This document shows positions 37,117 to 45,898 of a stretch of 64,000 bases of DNA, piece after piece. The notes beneath the pieces were generated by a model. It was not told the origin of the DNA. It saw only the letters and a program-made list of their open reading frames with translations, and did not search any database. Origin of the DNA: an uncultured Myxococcales bacterium (GTDB taxonomy: Bacteria > Myxococcota_A > Polyangia > Polyangiales > Houyiibacteriaceae); contig CBFCWN010000001.1 of assembly GCA_965601515.1 (NCBI GenBank), positions 64,069 through 128,068 of the forward strand, given 5' to 3'. The position numbers and the translations under genes are program-made. How positions within the stretch are numbered: the first letter of the stretch is position 1; the number at the start of each line of letters is the position of its first letter.

Positions 37117-37785
37117 ATGACGACCAAAAAGCAGAGCACGAAATCGAGCACGCAGGAAGGCTCAGAGGCACGCCCGCCGAAGAAGACGGGTGGCGGTGCG
37201 GCGGCCGTCGCGCAGAGGATCCTCAGCGACGACAACCCGCAGTCGAAGATCGCAGAGCACGGCGAGACCATGATGGAGGGCCCGCGCACTGCAGCGACTC
37301 AGTCCGCGCGCGTACTGAGCGAAATCATCGCGGAGAAGCCCGAGCTCGTCGTGCCGCTCGTCGCGAAGTTCGCAAAAGGGATTTCGTCGTCGAACAAGCG
37401 CGTAGTTCAGACTTCCGCAGAAGCGCTCCCTGCCATCGCTCGCATCGCTCCGGCACGTGTCGCACGGCAGCTCGACGTTCTGAAGGGCTCGTTCGAGGAA
37501 GCGAACGACGTCGGCAAAGATGGCTTGGTGAAAACGTTCGCAGCGCTCTGCACGGCGTCGGTCGCCTATCAGAAGCGGCTCGAGCCCGTGCTGACCACTG
37601 CCTTGAACGGCGCCGACGGGAAGACGCTGTTCGCATGGACGCAAATCGTGCTGCCTGCGCTCAAGGGTGAGCCCCATGCACGTGCGCGAGCCGTTGTCGA
37701 AGGTCGACTGAACCTGATCCCGCGCTCGTACGCGCAGCAGATTGCGGACTTCCTAGGCATCAAGCTGCGGCTTCGCTACCGCTGA
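37117..37785 (+). CDS. hypothetical protein, basic N-terminus and helical (HEAT/ARM-like) repeats
   Basis: ATG immediately follows the stop of the upstream gene. All-helical repeat character; no family recognised. Confidence 0.5.
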   Translation: MTTKKQSTKSSTQEGSEARPPKKTGGGAAAVAQRILSDDNPQSKIAEHGETMMEGPRTAATQSARVLSEIIAEKPELVVPLVAKFAKGISSSNKRVVQTSAEALPAIARIAPARVARQLDVLKGSFEEANDVGKDGLVKTFAALCTASVAYQKRLEPVLTTALNGADGKTLFAWTQIVLPALKGEPHARARAVVEGRLNLIPRSYAQQIADFLGIKLRLRYR

Positions 37786-38687
37786 TTCACGAGCACGAAC
37801 TCGTAGTCTCTGTTGCGGTGATCGAAGTCCCGGTCCTCGAGTCCGGGATTGAGCTCGAGCTCTACGTAGTCATACGACTCGTAGAGGTCGCCGTGGTGGT
37901 CCCAGGAGATCGCCATGATCATCATGTACGAGCGCTTGCTGATGAAGTACTCGCCGCGGCTCGCGTAGTAGTGAGGAACGAAGACCTCCTGCCCGCTGCT
38001 CAGGTCGGTCGGCGAGTCGATGTCGTCGTTGTGATGAAGAATCACGTACATGTCCTGCTTCGTGCGCCGCGCGATGTCCCATAGCGTTTCCCCGCGCCGC
38101 GCTTTCACCGTGTAGCCGCGTGCGTGGGTCTCCATGTCGATGCGCCAGGTGGGTTCGCCGCGGATCATGCCCCCCGCCGAGAGCGACAGCTTCGCGTCGC
38201 CGCGGGCGATGGCCTTCTCGATGTTCCGTTTCGCGAGCTTGAGCATGTTCTCGAGGCCAAACGAGGTGATCGGGTGGTGGTTCTCGATCATCGCGATTCG
38301 GCCGCGCGGATTCAGGCTCACCATGATGTCGGGCACAGAACCGCGGTGCGCGCGCAGCTTGTTGTTGTATCTGCCTCGAACGTAGAGCCCTTCGCGTCCT
38401 TCGTAGGGGTCGAGATACTTCACGTAGACTTTGAACGGGCGCGAGAACTTGAACGCGAGCTTCTGAGTGACGAGCTCATCGCCGAAGAGCTCTCGTTTCA
38501 CGATGACGCCCTGGTAGTCGTAGATTCCCGCCATCGTTTTCGACGCCTCGTCGAGGAGCGCCTGCACCTGCGCCTCTACTGAGCCGGACGGTTCAGCGAG
38601 GGGCTGAGCCGTCGCGGAAAGCCCGCCGGCGAGCGATCCCAGTGCGATGAGCGCAGCGAGCGCCCACGCTGGAGCGCGCGTGCTCAT
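37776..38687 (-). CDS. secreted DUF1571-like protein with an embedded LysM domain
   Basis: Signal peptide. YTVKARRGETLWDIARRTKQDMYVILHHNDDIDSPTDLSSGQEVFVP is a LysM domain. 4-nt overlap with gpmI. Confidence 0.65.
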   Translation of the reverse strand: MSTRAPAWALAALIALGSLAGGLSATAQPLAEPSGSVEAQVQALLDEASKTMAGIYDYQGVIVKRELFGDELVTQKLAFKFSRPFKVYVKYLDPYEGREGLYVRGRYNNKLRAHRGSVPDIMVSLNPRGRIAMIENHHPITSFGLENMLKLAKRNIEKAIARGDAKLSLSAGGMIRGEPTWRIDMETHARGYTVKARRGETLWDIARRTKQDMYVILHHNDDIDSPTDLSSGQEVFVPHYYASRGEYFISKRSYMMIMAISWDHHGDLYESYDYVELELNPGLEDRDFDHRNRDYEFVLVNQR

Positions 38688-40339
38688 GTGAGAAGCGACG
38701 GCTCGTAGCCTTCGGGACGATCGAATCCGAGGAGCTCCAGCGTCGTCGCCGCCACGTTGGCGATGCCCGGCTGCTCGATCGACTCGTTGAGCGCAAGCTT
38801 TGCGCCCGGCGCATGGATGTAGCAGGGCACCCGGTTGAGCGTGTGGCTAGTCTTGCTCCTCAGGTGGCCCTCGGGGTCACGCTTGAACTCGCCGCTCTTC
38901 TTGTCGACCTCGAACATCTCGTCTGCGTTGCCGTGGTCGGCGGTGACGATGACCGCTCCTTCGAGAGCGTCGATGACGGGAATGATGCGCGCGAGACAGA
39001 GGTCGACAGCCTCGACGGCGATGACGGCCGCGTCGCGGTGGCCGGTGTGACCGACCATATCGCCGTTCGCAAAATTGATGCGACCGTGCCGGAGGCCTCC
39101 GCGGCGGAGAGCATCGAGCGTAGCGTCGGTGATTTCGGCCGCCTTCATCCAGGGTCGCTGCTCGAACGGCACGACGTCGCTCGGAATCTCGACGTACTCT
39201 TCGTACATCTCGTCGAACGCGCCGGTGCGGTTGCCGTTCCAGAAGTACGTGACGTGGCCAAACTTCTGGGTTTCGCTGCATGCAAACTGCGTGACCTCGT
39301 TGCGCGCGAGGTATTCACCCATGGTGCGGTCAATGGCAGGCGGCTGAACGAGATAGTGCCGCGGCAGCTTGAGGTCGCCGTCGTACTCCATCATGCCGAC
39401 GAACTCGACGTCCGGGATCGGTCCGCGATCGAACTCCATGAGCTCGGGCTCGGTGAATGCGCGGGTCAGCTCGAGGGCGCGATCACCCCGGAAGTTGAAG
39501 AGCACGACCGCGGCGCCATCTCGGATCGGTCCCACCGGCGCGCCGTCGGAGTCGACGATCACGAAACCGAGCAGGTCTTGGTCGATCATCCCGGGGTTCT
39601 CGTCGCGAAGGGTCTTGATCGCCTCGGTTGCGCTGCCGAAGCCGCGCCCGTCGCCGAGCACATGGTGCTTCCAGCCGCGTTCCACCATCGACCAGTCGGC
39701 GCCGTAGCGGTCCATCGTGATGAACATGCGCCCGCCGCCGGAGGCGATTCGGTAGTCGCGTCCGCCCTGCTCGTTCAGCTGGTGAAGCAACGTCTCGAGC
39801 GCGTCGACGTACTCGAGCGCGCTCGTCTCGGGGACATCCCGCCCATCGAGCAGGATGTGCACACGCGCCTTTTCGACGCCTTCGTCGTTGCACCGGCGGA
39901 GCATCGCAAACAGGTGCTCGATGTGGCTGTGGACATTGCCGTCGGACAGCAGCCCAATGAAGTGCATGGGTTCGCCGCTGTCATGGACTTTTCGAACGAG
40001 CTTTTTCCACTCGTCCCCTTCGAAAAGCTCGCCGCTGTCGATCGCCATCTGAACACGCTTGGCGCCCTGATCGAACACGCGACCCGCACCGAACGCGTTG
40101 TGCCCGACTTCGCTGTTGCCCATGTCGTCATCGCTCGGGAGGCCCACGGCCGTGCCGTGTGCCCGAAGCCTCGTCGTGAGGGAGGTTTCGGCGAGGCGGT
40201 CGAGCGTCGGGGTGCGCGCCAGCCACACCGCGTCACCGTCGTTCTCGGCGCCAATGCCGACGCCGTCCATCACGACGATGAGTACCGGGCCGGGCACTCC
40301 GGCGAACGTAGGATGCTGCTTCAGATGCCAGTCGGTCAC
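38684..40339 (-). CDS. gpmI: 2,3-bisphosphoglycerate-independent phosphoglycerate mutase
   Basis: VMDGVGIG...MGNSEVGHNAFGAGR...HFIGLLSDGNVHSH...ADHGNADEM. Confidence 0.95.
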   Translation of the reverse strand: MTDWHLKQHPTFAGVPGPVLIVVMDGVGIGAENDGDAVWLARTPTLDRLAETSLTTRLRAHGTAVGLPSDDDMGNSEVGHNAFGAGRVFDQGAKRVQMAIDSGELFEGDEWKKLVRKVHDSGEPMHFIGLLSDGNVHSHIEHLFAMLRRCNDEGVEKARVHILLDGRDVPETSALEYVDALETLLHQLNEQGGRDYRIASGGGRMFITMDRYGADWSMVERGWKHHVLGDGRGFGSATEAIKTLRDENPGMIDQDLLGFVIVDSDGAPVGPIRDGAAVVLFNFRGDRALELTRAFTEPELMEFDRGPIPDVEFVGMMEYDGDLKLPRHYLVQPPAIDRTMGEYLARNEVTQFACSETQKFGHVTYFWNGNRTGAFDEMYEEYVEIPSDVVPFEQRPWMKAAEITDATLDALRRGGLRHGRINFANGDMVGHTGHRDAAVIAVEAVDLCLARIIPVIDALEGAVIVTADHGNADEMFEVDKKSGEFKRDPEGHLRSKTSHTLNRVPCYIHAPGAKLALNESIEQPGIANVAATTLELLGFDRPEGYEPSLLT

Positions 40340-41721
40340 GCCGGCTTTCTAGCACGGTTGTGAGCGTCTTCGATGGCTACAGGACCAGGAAGCGAGTCAC
40401 GGGCGCGGACATCTGGCGGAGGCTTGATGACTTTCGGCATCCGGTCGTCACCGGTGATGAGCCGCGCACCTCGTCCGCCGGTGAAATAGAGCCACGCCCA
40501 CTCGACGAACACGACGAGCTTACGGCGGAAGTCCACGAGGAACAGAATGTGTATCAACGCCCACAGGAGGAACGCGAAGTAGCCGCCGAAGCGAAGACTT
40601 CCCACCTGAGCCACCGCGCGGTTTCGGCCAATGATCGCCATCGAGCCTTTGTCGTTATACGCGAACGGTTTCCGCTGAGGCGGAGGGAGGTTGCGCTCTG
40701 CGTGCTTGATTTCTTTCGCGATGGCCTTGCCAACGAACGCGCCACCTTGAAGCGCGCCTTGGGCGACACCCGGAACCGGCTTGCCGGTGTTGGGGTCGAT
40801 GATGCTCGCCAAGTCTCCTGCGACGTACGCATTCGGGTAGCCGGGAATGCTGAGGTCTTCCTCGACGAGCACGCGTCCCATCCGATCGAGCTCGACCCCT
40901 AGAGTCTCGGTGATCGGGGCCGCTTTGACGCCCGCCGCCCAGAACACGTTGTTGGCATCGATTCGAATAGTACCTTCGGGCGTCTCCGCAGTGAGCCCGG
41001 CTTCGTCGACATCCGTGACGCGTGTCTTGAGGATGACCTCGACGCCTAGACCCTCGAGGTCGCGCCTCGCGCGGTCGGAGAGGTCTTCCGCGAACGAACC
41101 CAACACTCGGTCGGCAAAGTCGATGAGGATGATGCGAGCGGTTCGGGTGTCGATCGACCGGAAATCCTTGCGAACGTTCTCCGCGATTTCGGCAAGAGCA
41201 CCTGCCATTTCCACACCCGTCGGGCCTGCCCCAACGATGGCAAACGTCAGTGCGGCACGCTTGGCCGCCGTGTCCTGTTCCAGCTCGGCCTGCTCGAAGG
41301 CGAGCAGAAACCGCGCCCGCACGTCGGTGGCTTCGTCGATGGTTTTGAGGCCCGGCGCGTACTTCTTCCACTCGTCGTTTCCGAAGTAGTTGGTCTCGAG
41401 CCCAGCAGCGAGGACCAGGTAGTCGTAGGTATACGGTTCCGAGCCGAGCATCACCTTGCGATTCTCGAGGTCGATGCTCTCCACCTGGTTCATCGTCACG
41501 CGGCAGTTCTTCTGGTCGCGGACGACGGCGCGAATCGGTGCAGCAATGGTGCCCGGATGGAGCGCCGCGGTAGCAACCTGATAGAGTAGCGGCTGGAAAA
41601 GGTGGTGGTTGTGCTTATCGACGAGGAAAATGTTCGCGTCGGCTCGTCGAAGGGCGCGCGCTGCGGCGATCCCTGCGAAGCCTCCGCCAACGATCGCGAC
41701 TCTCGGTTTCGTCGGTTCCAT
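40336..41721 (-). CDS. ndh: type II NADH dehydrogenase (NDH-2)
   Basis: PRVAIVGGGFAGIAAARAL and FAIVGAGPTGVEMAGAL dinucleotide folds. Start MEPTKP at cat 41719-41721. Confidence 0.9.
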   Translation of the reverse strand: MEPTKPRVAIVGGGFAGIAAARALRRADANIFLVDKHNHHLFQPLLYQVATAALHPGTIAAPIRAVVRDQKNCRVTMNQVESIDLENRKVMLGSEPYTYDYLVLAAGLETNYFGNDEWKKYAPGLKTIDEATDVRARFLLAFEQAELEQDTAAKRAALTFAIVGAGPTGVEMAGALAEIAENVRKDFRSIDTRTARIILIDFADRVLGSFAEDLSDRARRDLEGLGVEVILKTRVTDVDEAGLTAETPEGTIRIDANNVFWAAGVKAAPITETLGVELDRMGRVLVEEDLSIPGYPNAYVAGDLASIIDPNTGKPVPGVAQGALQGGAFVGKAIAKEIKHAERNLPPPQRKPFAYNDKGSMAIIGRNRAVAQVGSLRFGGYFAFLLWALIHILFLVDFRRKLVVFVEWAWLYFTGGRGARLITGDDRMPKVIKPPPDVRARDSLPGPVAIEDAHNRARKPA

Positions 41722-41774
41722 GGCTCCCTTGTAGAGCCTGCTGCGCCTTTCGGGAAGCGGGGTATGCTTCGGCC

Positions 41775-42143
41775 ATGATCTGCGTGACCAATCGAATCCC
41801 CGTCGCCGAGGGCTATGAAATCGACTTCGAGCACCGTTTTCGCAAGCGAGTGCACCTCGTGGACCAAGCAAAGGGCTTCATTCGCAACGAAGTGCACCGC
41901 CCGAAACCCATGAGCCTCAATCACGAAACAGGCGAGTGGTCCCCAGGACCTTCAGGCACCGGGTACTACGAAGTGAAAACGTGGTGGAAAACGTTCGACG
42001 ATTTCGTGGCCTGGACGAAGAGCCCCTCGTTCGCCGAGGCTCACCGTAATCGGCCGCCAAAGGAAATGTTCCGAGGGCCGAACGAGCTCACGATTCACGA
42101 AGTCTTTTTGAACACCGATGAAGCGAGCGGCGGTGCCGACTGA
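41775..42143 (+). CDS. ABM-fold monooxygenase, IsdG/HmoB-like (putative heme-degrading)
   Basis: N6 ... W80 ... H90, with W-to-H spacing of 10 as in IsdG N7/W67/H77. WWKTFDDFVAWTKSPSFAEAH parallels IsdG [21 protein letters not shown]. Confidence 0.65.
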   Translation: MICVTNRIPVAEGYEIDFEHRFRKRVHLVDQAKGFIRNEVHRPKPMSLNHETGEWSPGPSGTGYYEVKTWWKTFDDFVAWTKSPSFAEAHRNRPPKEMFRGPNELTIHEVFLNTDEASGGAD

Positions 42144-42152
42144 GCATGACTG

Positions 42153-42830
42153 ATGGCGACAACAACGAAAGACCCCGTGAAGAGGCGGCTGTGGACCACG
42201 CTGATTGTCTTGGTGGTGCTGCTCATCGGGGTGGGCGCGCTGATCGCCTGGCTTGGAGGCGATGACGTGGCGTACGAGAGCCCCAGCTATCGCGTCGCGG
42301 AAACGATCGGTAGCGTCGAGATCCGTGAGTACGACCCATACGTCGTGGCGGAGACAGACGTGGACGGAACGGTCGAAGGCGCAGGCAACCAGGGTTTTCG
42401 GATCCTCGCGAAGTACATTTTCGGTGGCAATCAGGGGAACGCGAAGGTCGCGATGACGGCCCCGGTCACTCAGGAAAAAGCGACACCCGAAACGATCGCA
42501 ATGACCGCACCGGTGACACAGGAACGCTCGGGCGAGCAGTTCACCGTTCAGTTCATGATGCCGTCGAAGTACACGCTCGATACCCTGCCGAAGCCGAACG
42601 ACTCGCGCATTCGCTTCCGGGAGGTCGAGGGCCGTACGCTCGCCGCGATTCGATACTCCGGGCGATGGACGCAAGGCAACTACGAGACCCACCTCGACGA
42701 GCTTCTTGCCGTCCTGCGTCAGAATGGATACGAGCCCGTGGGCGAGCCGGTGTGGGCGCGCTACGACCCGCCGTTCAAGCCCTGGTTCATGCGACGCAAC
42801 GAGATTCTCACTGCGTTCGAACGCCGCTGA
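42153..42830 (+). CDS. SOUL heme-binding-protein family, membrane anchored
   Basis: YESPSYRV..IGSVEIREYDPYVVAE...GFRILAKYIFGGN...MTAPV (x2)...ARYDPPFKPWFMRRNEI. Confidence 0.8.
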   Translation: MATTTKDPVKRRLWTTLIVLVVLLIGVGALIAWLGGDDVAYESPSYRVAETIGSVEIREYDPYVVAETDVDGTVEGAGNQGFRILAKYIFGGNQGNAKVAMTAPVTQEKATPETIAMTAPVTQERSGEQFTVQFMMPSKYTLDTLPKPNDSRIRFREVEGRTLAAIRYSGRWTQGNYETHLDELLAVLRQNGYEPVGEPVWARYDPPFKPWFMRRNEILTAFERR

Positions 42831-42875
42831 CCGCTATTGTATTTAACGGTCGAGGCGCGCAGAATCGCTTCTGCC

Positions 42876-43760
42876 ATGTCGGATATCGCCAACGACAACC
42901 TGGGTTTCGTCGAGTGTTGGAACGAAATCCTCACCCCGAAGTGGATCCGCTTTCGGCATCTACTGTCTGGAAACGGAAAGATCCACAGCGACATCGCGTA
43001 CGCCGACTACGGCATCAAGCCGGGCGACAAGGTGCTCGACGTTGGATGCGGGTTCGGTGAGACGTCGCTCGAGATCGGACGGATGGTTGGACCGGCGGGC
43101 GAGGTGCTCGGGCTCGATTGCACGGACGCGTTTCTCGAAATCGCAAACCAGGAGCGCGATGCGGCGAGCGCGGACAACGTGCGCTTCGAGATTGGCGATG
43201 CGCAGGTCTGCGGGCTTCCGGAAAGCTACTTCGACGTCGCGTACTCGCGCTTCGGCGTGATGTTCTTCCAGAGTGCCGTGCGCGCGCTTCGCAACATGCA
43301 CCGCGCACTCAAGCCGGGCGGCAAGGTGTGCCTGATCGTCTGGCGCTCCCTTTCCGACAACCCGTGTTGGGGCGCTGCCAAAGAAGTCGCCCTCCGCCAC
43401 CTGCCACCGCCGGGCGACGGCGCCGCAACCTGCGGCCCTGGCCCGTTCTCGATGGCGAGCGAGGAGACCGACCGCGCCATGCTCGAAGCGGCCGGCTTCA
43501 CCGACGTGAAGGTGTTCCGCCAAATCAACGCGGACGTCTGCATCGGCCGCACGATCGACGAGGCGATCGACTACCAGCTCCTCGTCGGCCCGAGCGGCGA
43601 AATCGTCCGAGAGGCAGGCGAGCTCGGCCAACAAAAGCTCCCGGCTCTCCGAGCCGACCTCGACGCCCTGATGTCCCCCCACCTCAAAGACGACGGCGTC
43701 TGGATGCCCAGCAGCACCTGGTCGATCATGGCTCAAAAAGGGGACACGCAGCCCTCCTAA
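42876..43760 (+). CDS. class I SAM-dependent methyltransferase
   Basis: VLDVGCGFGETSLEI motif I and LKPGGKVCLIVW. Start MSDIAND at 42876. Confidence 0.8.
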   Translation: MSDIANDNLGFVECWNEILTPKWIRFRHLLSGNGKIHSDIAYADYGIKPGDKVLDVGCGFGETSLEIGRMVGPAGEVLGLDCTDAFLEIANQERDAASADNVRFEIGDAQVCGLPESYFDVAYSRFGVMFFQSAVRALRNMHRALKPGGKVCLIVWRSLSDNPCWGAAKEVALRHLPPPGDGAATCGPGPFSMASEETDRAMLEAAGFTDVKVFRQINADVCIGRTIDEAIDYQLLVGPSGEIVREAGELGQQKLPALRADLDALMSPHLKDDGVWMPSSTWSIMAQKGDTQPS

Positions 43761-43944
43761 AACCCCAACAATCCCAATCACTTACAAACCAACCCGCGCA
43801 ATTCGCAACTCTCAGAATTGCGGTGAGGGTGTGAGGCGCGGGCACGAAGCCAGTCGCGGGGCGTGTCGCAAATCGCGCGGGTCGATGGGCAATGCGCCGA
43901 GATCGTTGGGGTTCTGGGTACCCCGCGTGTCCCTCGAATTGTCC

Positions 43945-43972
43945 TTGACCGGGGTAGAACTTGTTCTAAACT
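43945..43972 (+). promoter_or_regulatory. sigma-70-like promoter with overlapping 14-bp palindromic operator upstream of the P450 operon
   Basis: TTGACC (43945-50), 16-nt spacer, TAAACT (43967-72). The perfect inverted repeat TAGAAC-TT-GTTCTA at 43955-43968 sits in the spacer/-10 region. Confidence 0.35.
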
Positions 43973-44022
43973 GGGAATAGTTTACATGTAGTAAAGTAAG
44001 GTTCTGGCCCGTCGGCTGAACC

Positions 44023-45237
44023 GTGGAGAATCCCGTGGAGAACAAGTGCCCCGTGAAGTTTCAAAATCTCGACTTCTGCGCGCCGGAGACGCACGCGAAT
44101 CCGTACGAGATGTACGACTACTTCCTCGAGCACGAGCCGATCGTCTGGGACGAGAAGAACGGCTTGTGGACGGTCTTCCGCTATGACGACATCGTCACGA
44201 TCGAGCGCGACACCGAGACGTTCATCAACAGCGAAGGTGTACGTCCGAACATTCCGCCCGACCCAGGGATGATCTATCAGGACGGCGAGCAGCACAGCAA
44301 GCAGCGCGCGCTCGTCTCGTCGGGTTTCACGCCGCGCCAGATGCGCAAGATGGAAGACCGGGCGCGAGAGATCGTGGTCGAGCTCGTGAGCGACATGCTT
44401 GCGAAGGACGAGGTCGACATCGTCGCCGACCTCGCCGCACCTCTACCGGCCCGCCTCATCGCAGACATGCTCGACATCCCACAGGAGAAGCGCGCGTCGG
44501 TGATGCAGTGGATCAACCGCATGATTCATGGAGGCTGCGGCCCAGACTACGTCGACGACGAGGTCAACGATGCGTTCGCGAACTTCTGCGAGCACCACGA
44601 GGAGATGTACCAAGACCGCATCGCCAAGGGCTGCACCGGGAGTGACCTTCTCACGATCTGGATCAACGCCGAGATCAATGGCGAAAAACTCGACGAGTCG
44701 CAGCTCCTGTTCGAGCACGCGCTCCTCAACGTGGGCGGAGCAGAAACCACTCGAAACGCCATCGCGGGCGGACTCTACGAGCTTGCGCACGACCCGAGGC
44801 AGTACAACGCCCTCCACGAAGATCCGTCCCTCATTCCGAACGCCGTCGAAGAGATCATCCGCTTCGTTTGCCCGTTCGTCAACATGTACCGCACCGCGAC
44901 TCGCGACTACGAACTCCACGGCAAGGTCATCAAGGAGGGTCAGCAAGTCGGCCTCACCTACCCCGCAGCCAACCGCGACCCACGCAAGTTCAAAGAGCCA
45001 CACAGGTTCAACATCTTCCGTGACTTCTCGAAAGAGGCGCGGCACCTCTCATTCGGGCTCGGCCCGCACTTCTGTCTCGGAGCGTCACTGGCACGGATGG
45101 AGGTTCGTCTCTCGCTCGAAGAGATGACCGAGCGTGTGAAGGCGATTCACCCGATCGAGGGCAGGGACGCCGTACCTGTGCTGTCGTCGTTCATCCGAGG
45201 TCTTCAATCGTTCCCGGCGACCCTCGAGCCCCGCTGA
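44023..45237 (+). CDS. cytochrome P450
   Basis: FGLGPHFCLGASLAR heme-thiolate loop, I-helix GGAETT, EIIRF (ExxR). Confidence 0.93.
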   Translation: MENPVENKCPVKFQNLDFCAPETHANPYEMYDYFLEHEPIVWDEKNGLWTVFRYDDIVTIERDTETFINSEGVRPNIPPDPGMIYQDGEQHSKQRALVSSGFTPRQMRKMEDRAREIVVELVSDMLAKDEVDIVADLAAPLPARLIADMLDIPQEKRASVMQWINRMIHGGCGPDYVDDEVNDAFANFCEHHEEMYQDRIAKGCTGSDLLTIWINAEINGEKLDESQLLFEHALLNVGGAETTRNAIAGGLYELAHDPRQYNALHEDPSLIPNAVEEIIRFVCPFVNMYRTATRDYELHGKVIKEGQQVGLTYPAANRDPRKFKEPHRFNIFRDFSKEARHLSFGLGPHFCLGASLARMEVRLSLEEMTERVKAIHPIEGRDAVPVLSSFIRGLQSFPATLEPR

Positions 45238-45250
45238 AGAAGGAGACCAC

Positions 45251-45649
45251 GTGGCGCCCGAAGCCGCACTCGAGAATACCCCGTACGAACTGCTAGGCGG
45301 TGACGAAGGAGTACGGCGGCTCGTCAGGGACTTCTACGAGCTGATGGACACCCTTCACGAAGCCGCCCCGATCCGCGCGATGCACAAGGGCGACCTCGCG
45401 GAAATGACCGACAAGCTCGCCACCTTCCTGATTGGCTGGATGGGCGGCCCGCAGCGTTACCAGGAACGCTTCGGACGTGTGATCATCCCACTCGCACATC
45501 GGCCGTTCCCGATTGGGCCAGCCGAACGCGACCAGTGGCTCATGTGCATGCAGCGCGCTCTCGAGAAGACCACACTCGACGCGTCGATGAAGGCGCGACT
45601 CATGGATTCGTTCGGGCGCATGGCGGAAATGTGCCGAACCAAAGACTAA
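45251..45649 (+). CDS. truncated (2-on-2) hemoglobin, group II-like
   Basis: TPYELLGGDEGVRRLVRDFYELM...LAHRPFPIGPAERDQWLMCMQRAL (proximal His context). GTG follows AAGGAG, 13 nt after the P450 stop. Confidence 0.8.
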   Translation: MAPEAALENTPYELLGGDEGVRRLVRDFYELMDTLHEAAPIRAMHKGDLAEMTDKLATFLIGWMGGPQRYQERFGRVIIPLAHRPFPIGPAERDQWLMCMQRALEKTTLDASMKARLMDSFGRMAEMCRTKD

Positions 45650-45667
45650 AACCGGAAGGGGTAAACC

Positions 45668-45859
45668 ATGAAAATCGTGTTCGACGCCAGCCGATGCAAG
45701 AACCACGGTCAGTGCCGAGGGGCGGCCCCGGAGCTGTTCGACTTCGCACCCGATGGAAGCTTGGTCGTACTCCAAGAGTACCCACCCGAGGAGCTCCGCG
45801 AAGCCGCCCAAGACGCGGTCGACGTCTGCCCTGAGCAGGCCATCTCGATCGAGGACTGA
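45668..45859 (+). CDS. small [3Fe-4S]-type ferredoxin (P450 redox partner type)
   Basis: 63 aa with CKNHGQC...VCPEQAI (CxxHxxC...CP). Starts 18 nt after the globin stop. Confidence 0.8.
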   Translation: MKIVFDASRCKNHGQCRGAAPELFDFAPDGSLVVLQEYPPEELREAAQDAVDVCPEQAISIED

Positions 45860-45898
45860 GCACCCTGGCCCGCAAGGGCGCGTGATATCGTCGGGCCC

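Noticed and set aside
37776-37785. Two convergent gene pairs overlap by exactly 10 nt with near-identical sequence: CTACCGCTGA at 37776-37785 and CTACGCCTGA at 55250-55259.
   Set aside because: This is a TAG (minus) / TGA (plus) stop overlap separated by a 4-nt GC-rich core. The similarity is short and explained by stop-codon constraints plus GC bias. I see no evidence of a functional element.
43797-43822. The hairpin CGCAATTC-N10-GAATTGCG after the methyltransferase gene might be a terminator.
   Set aside because: No U-tract follows it (GTGAGGGTG). It may be a weak or Rho-assisted terminator or have no function, so it is not listed as a feature.
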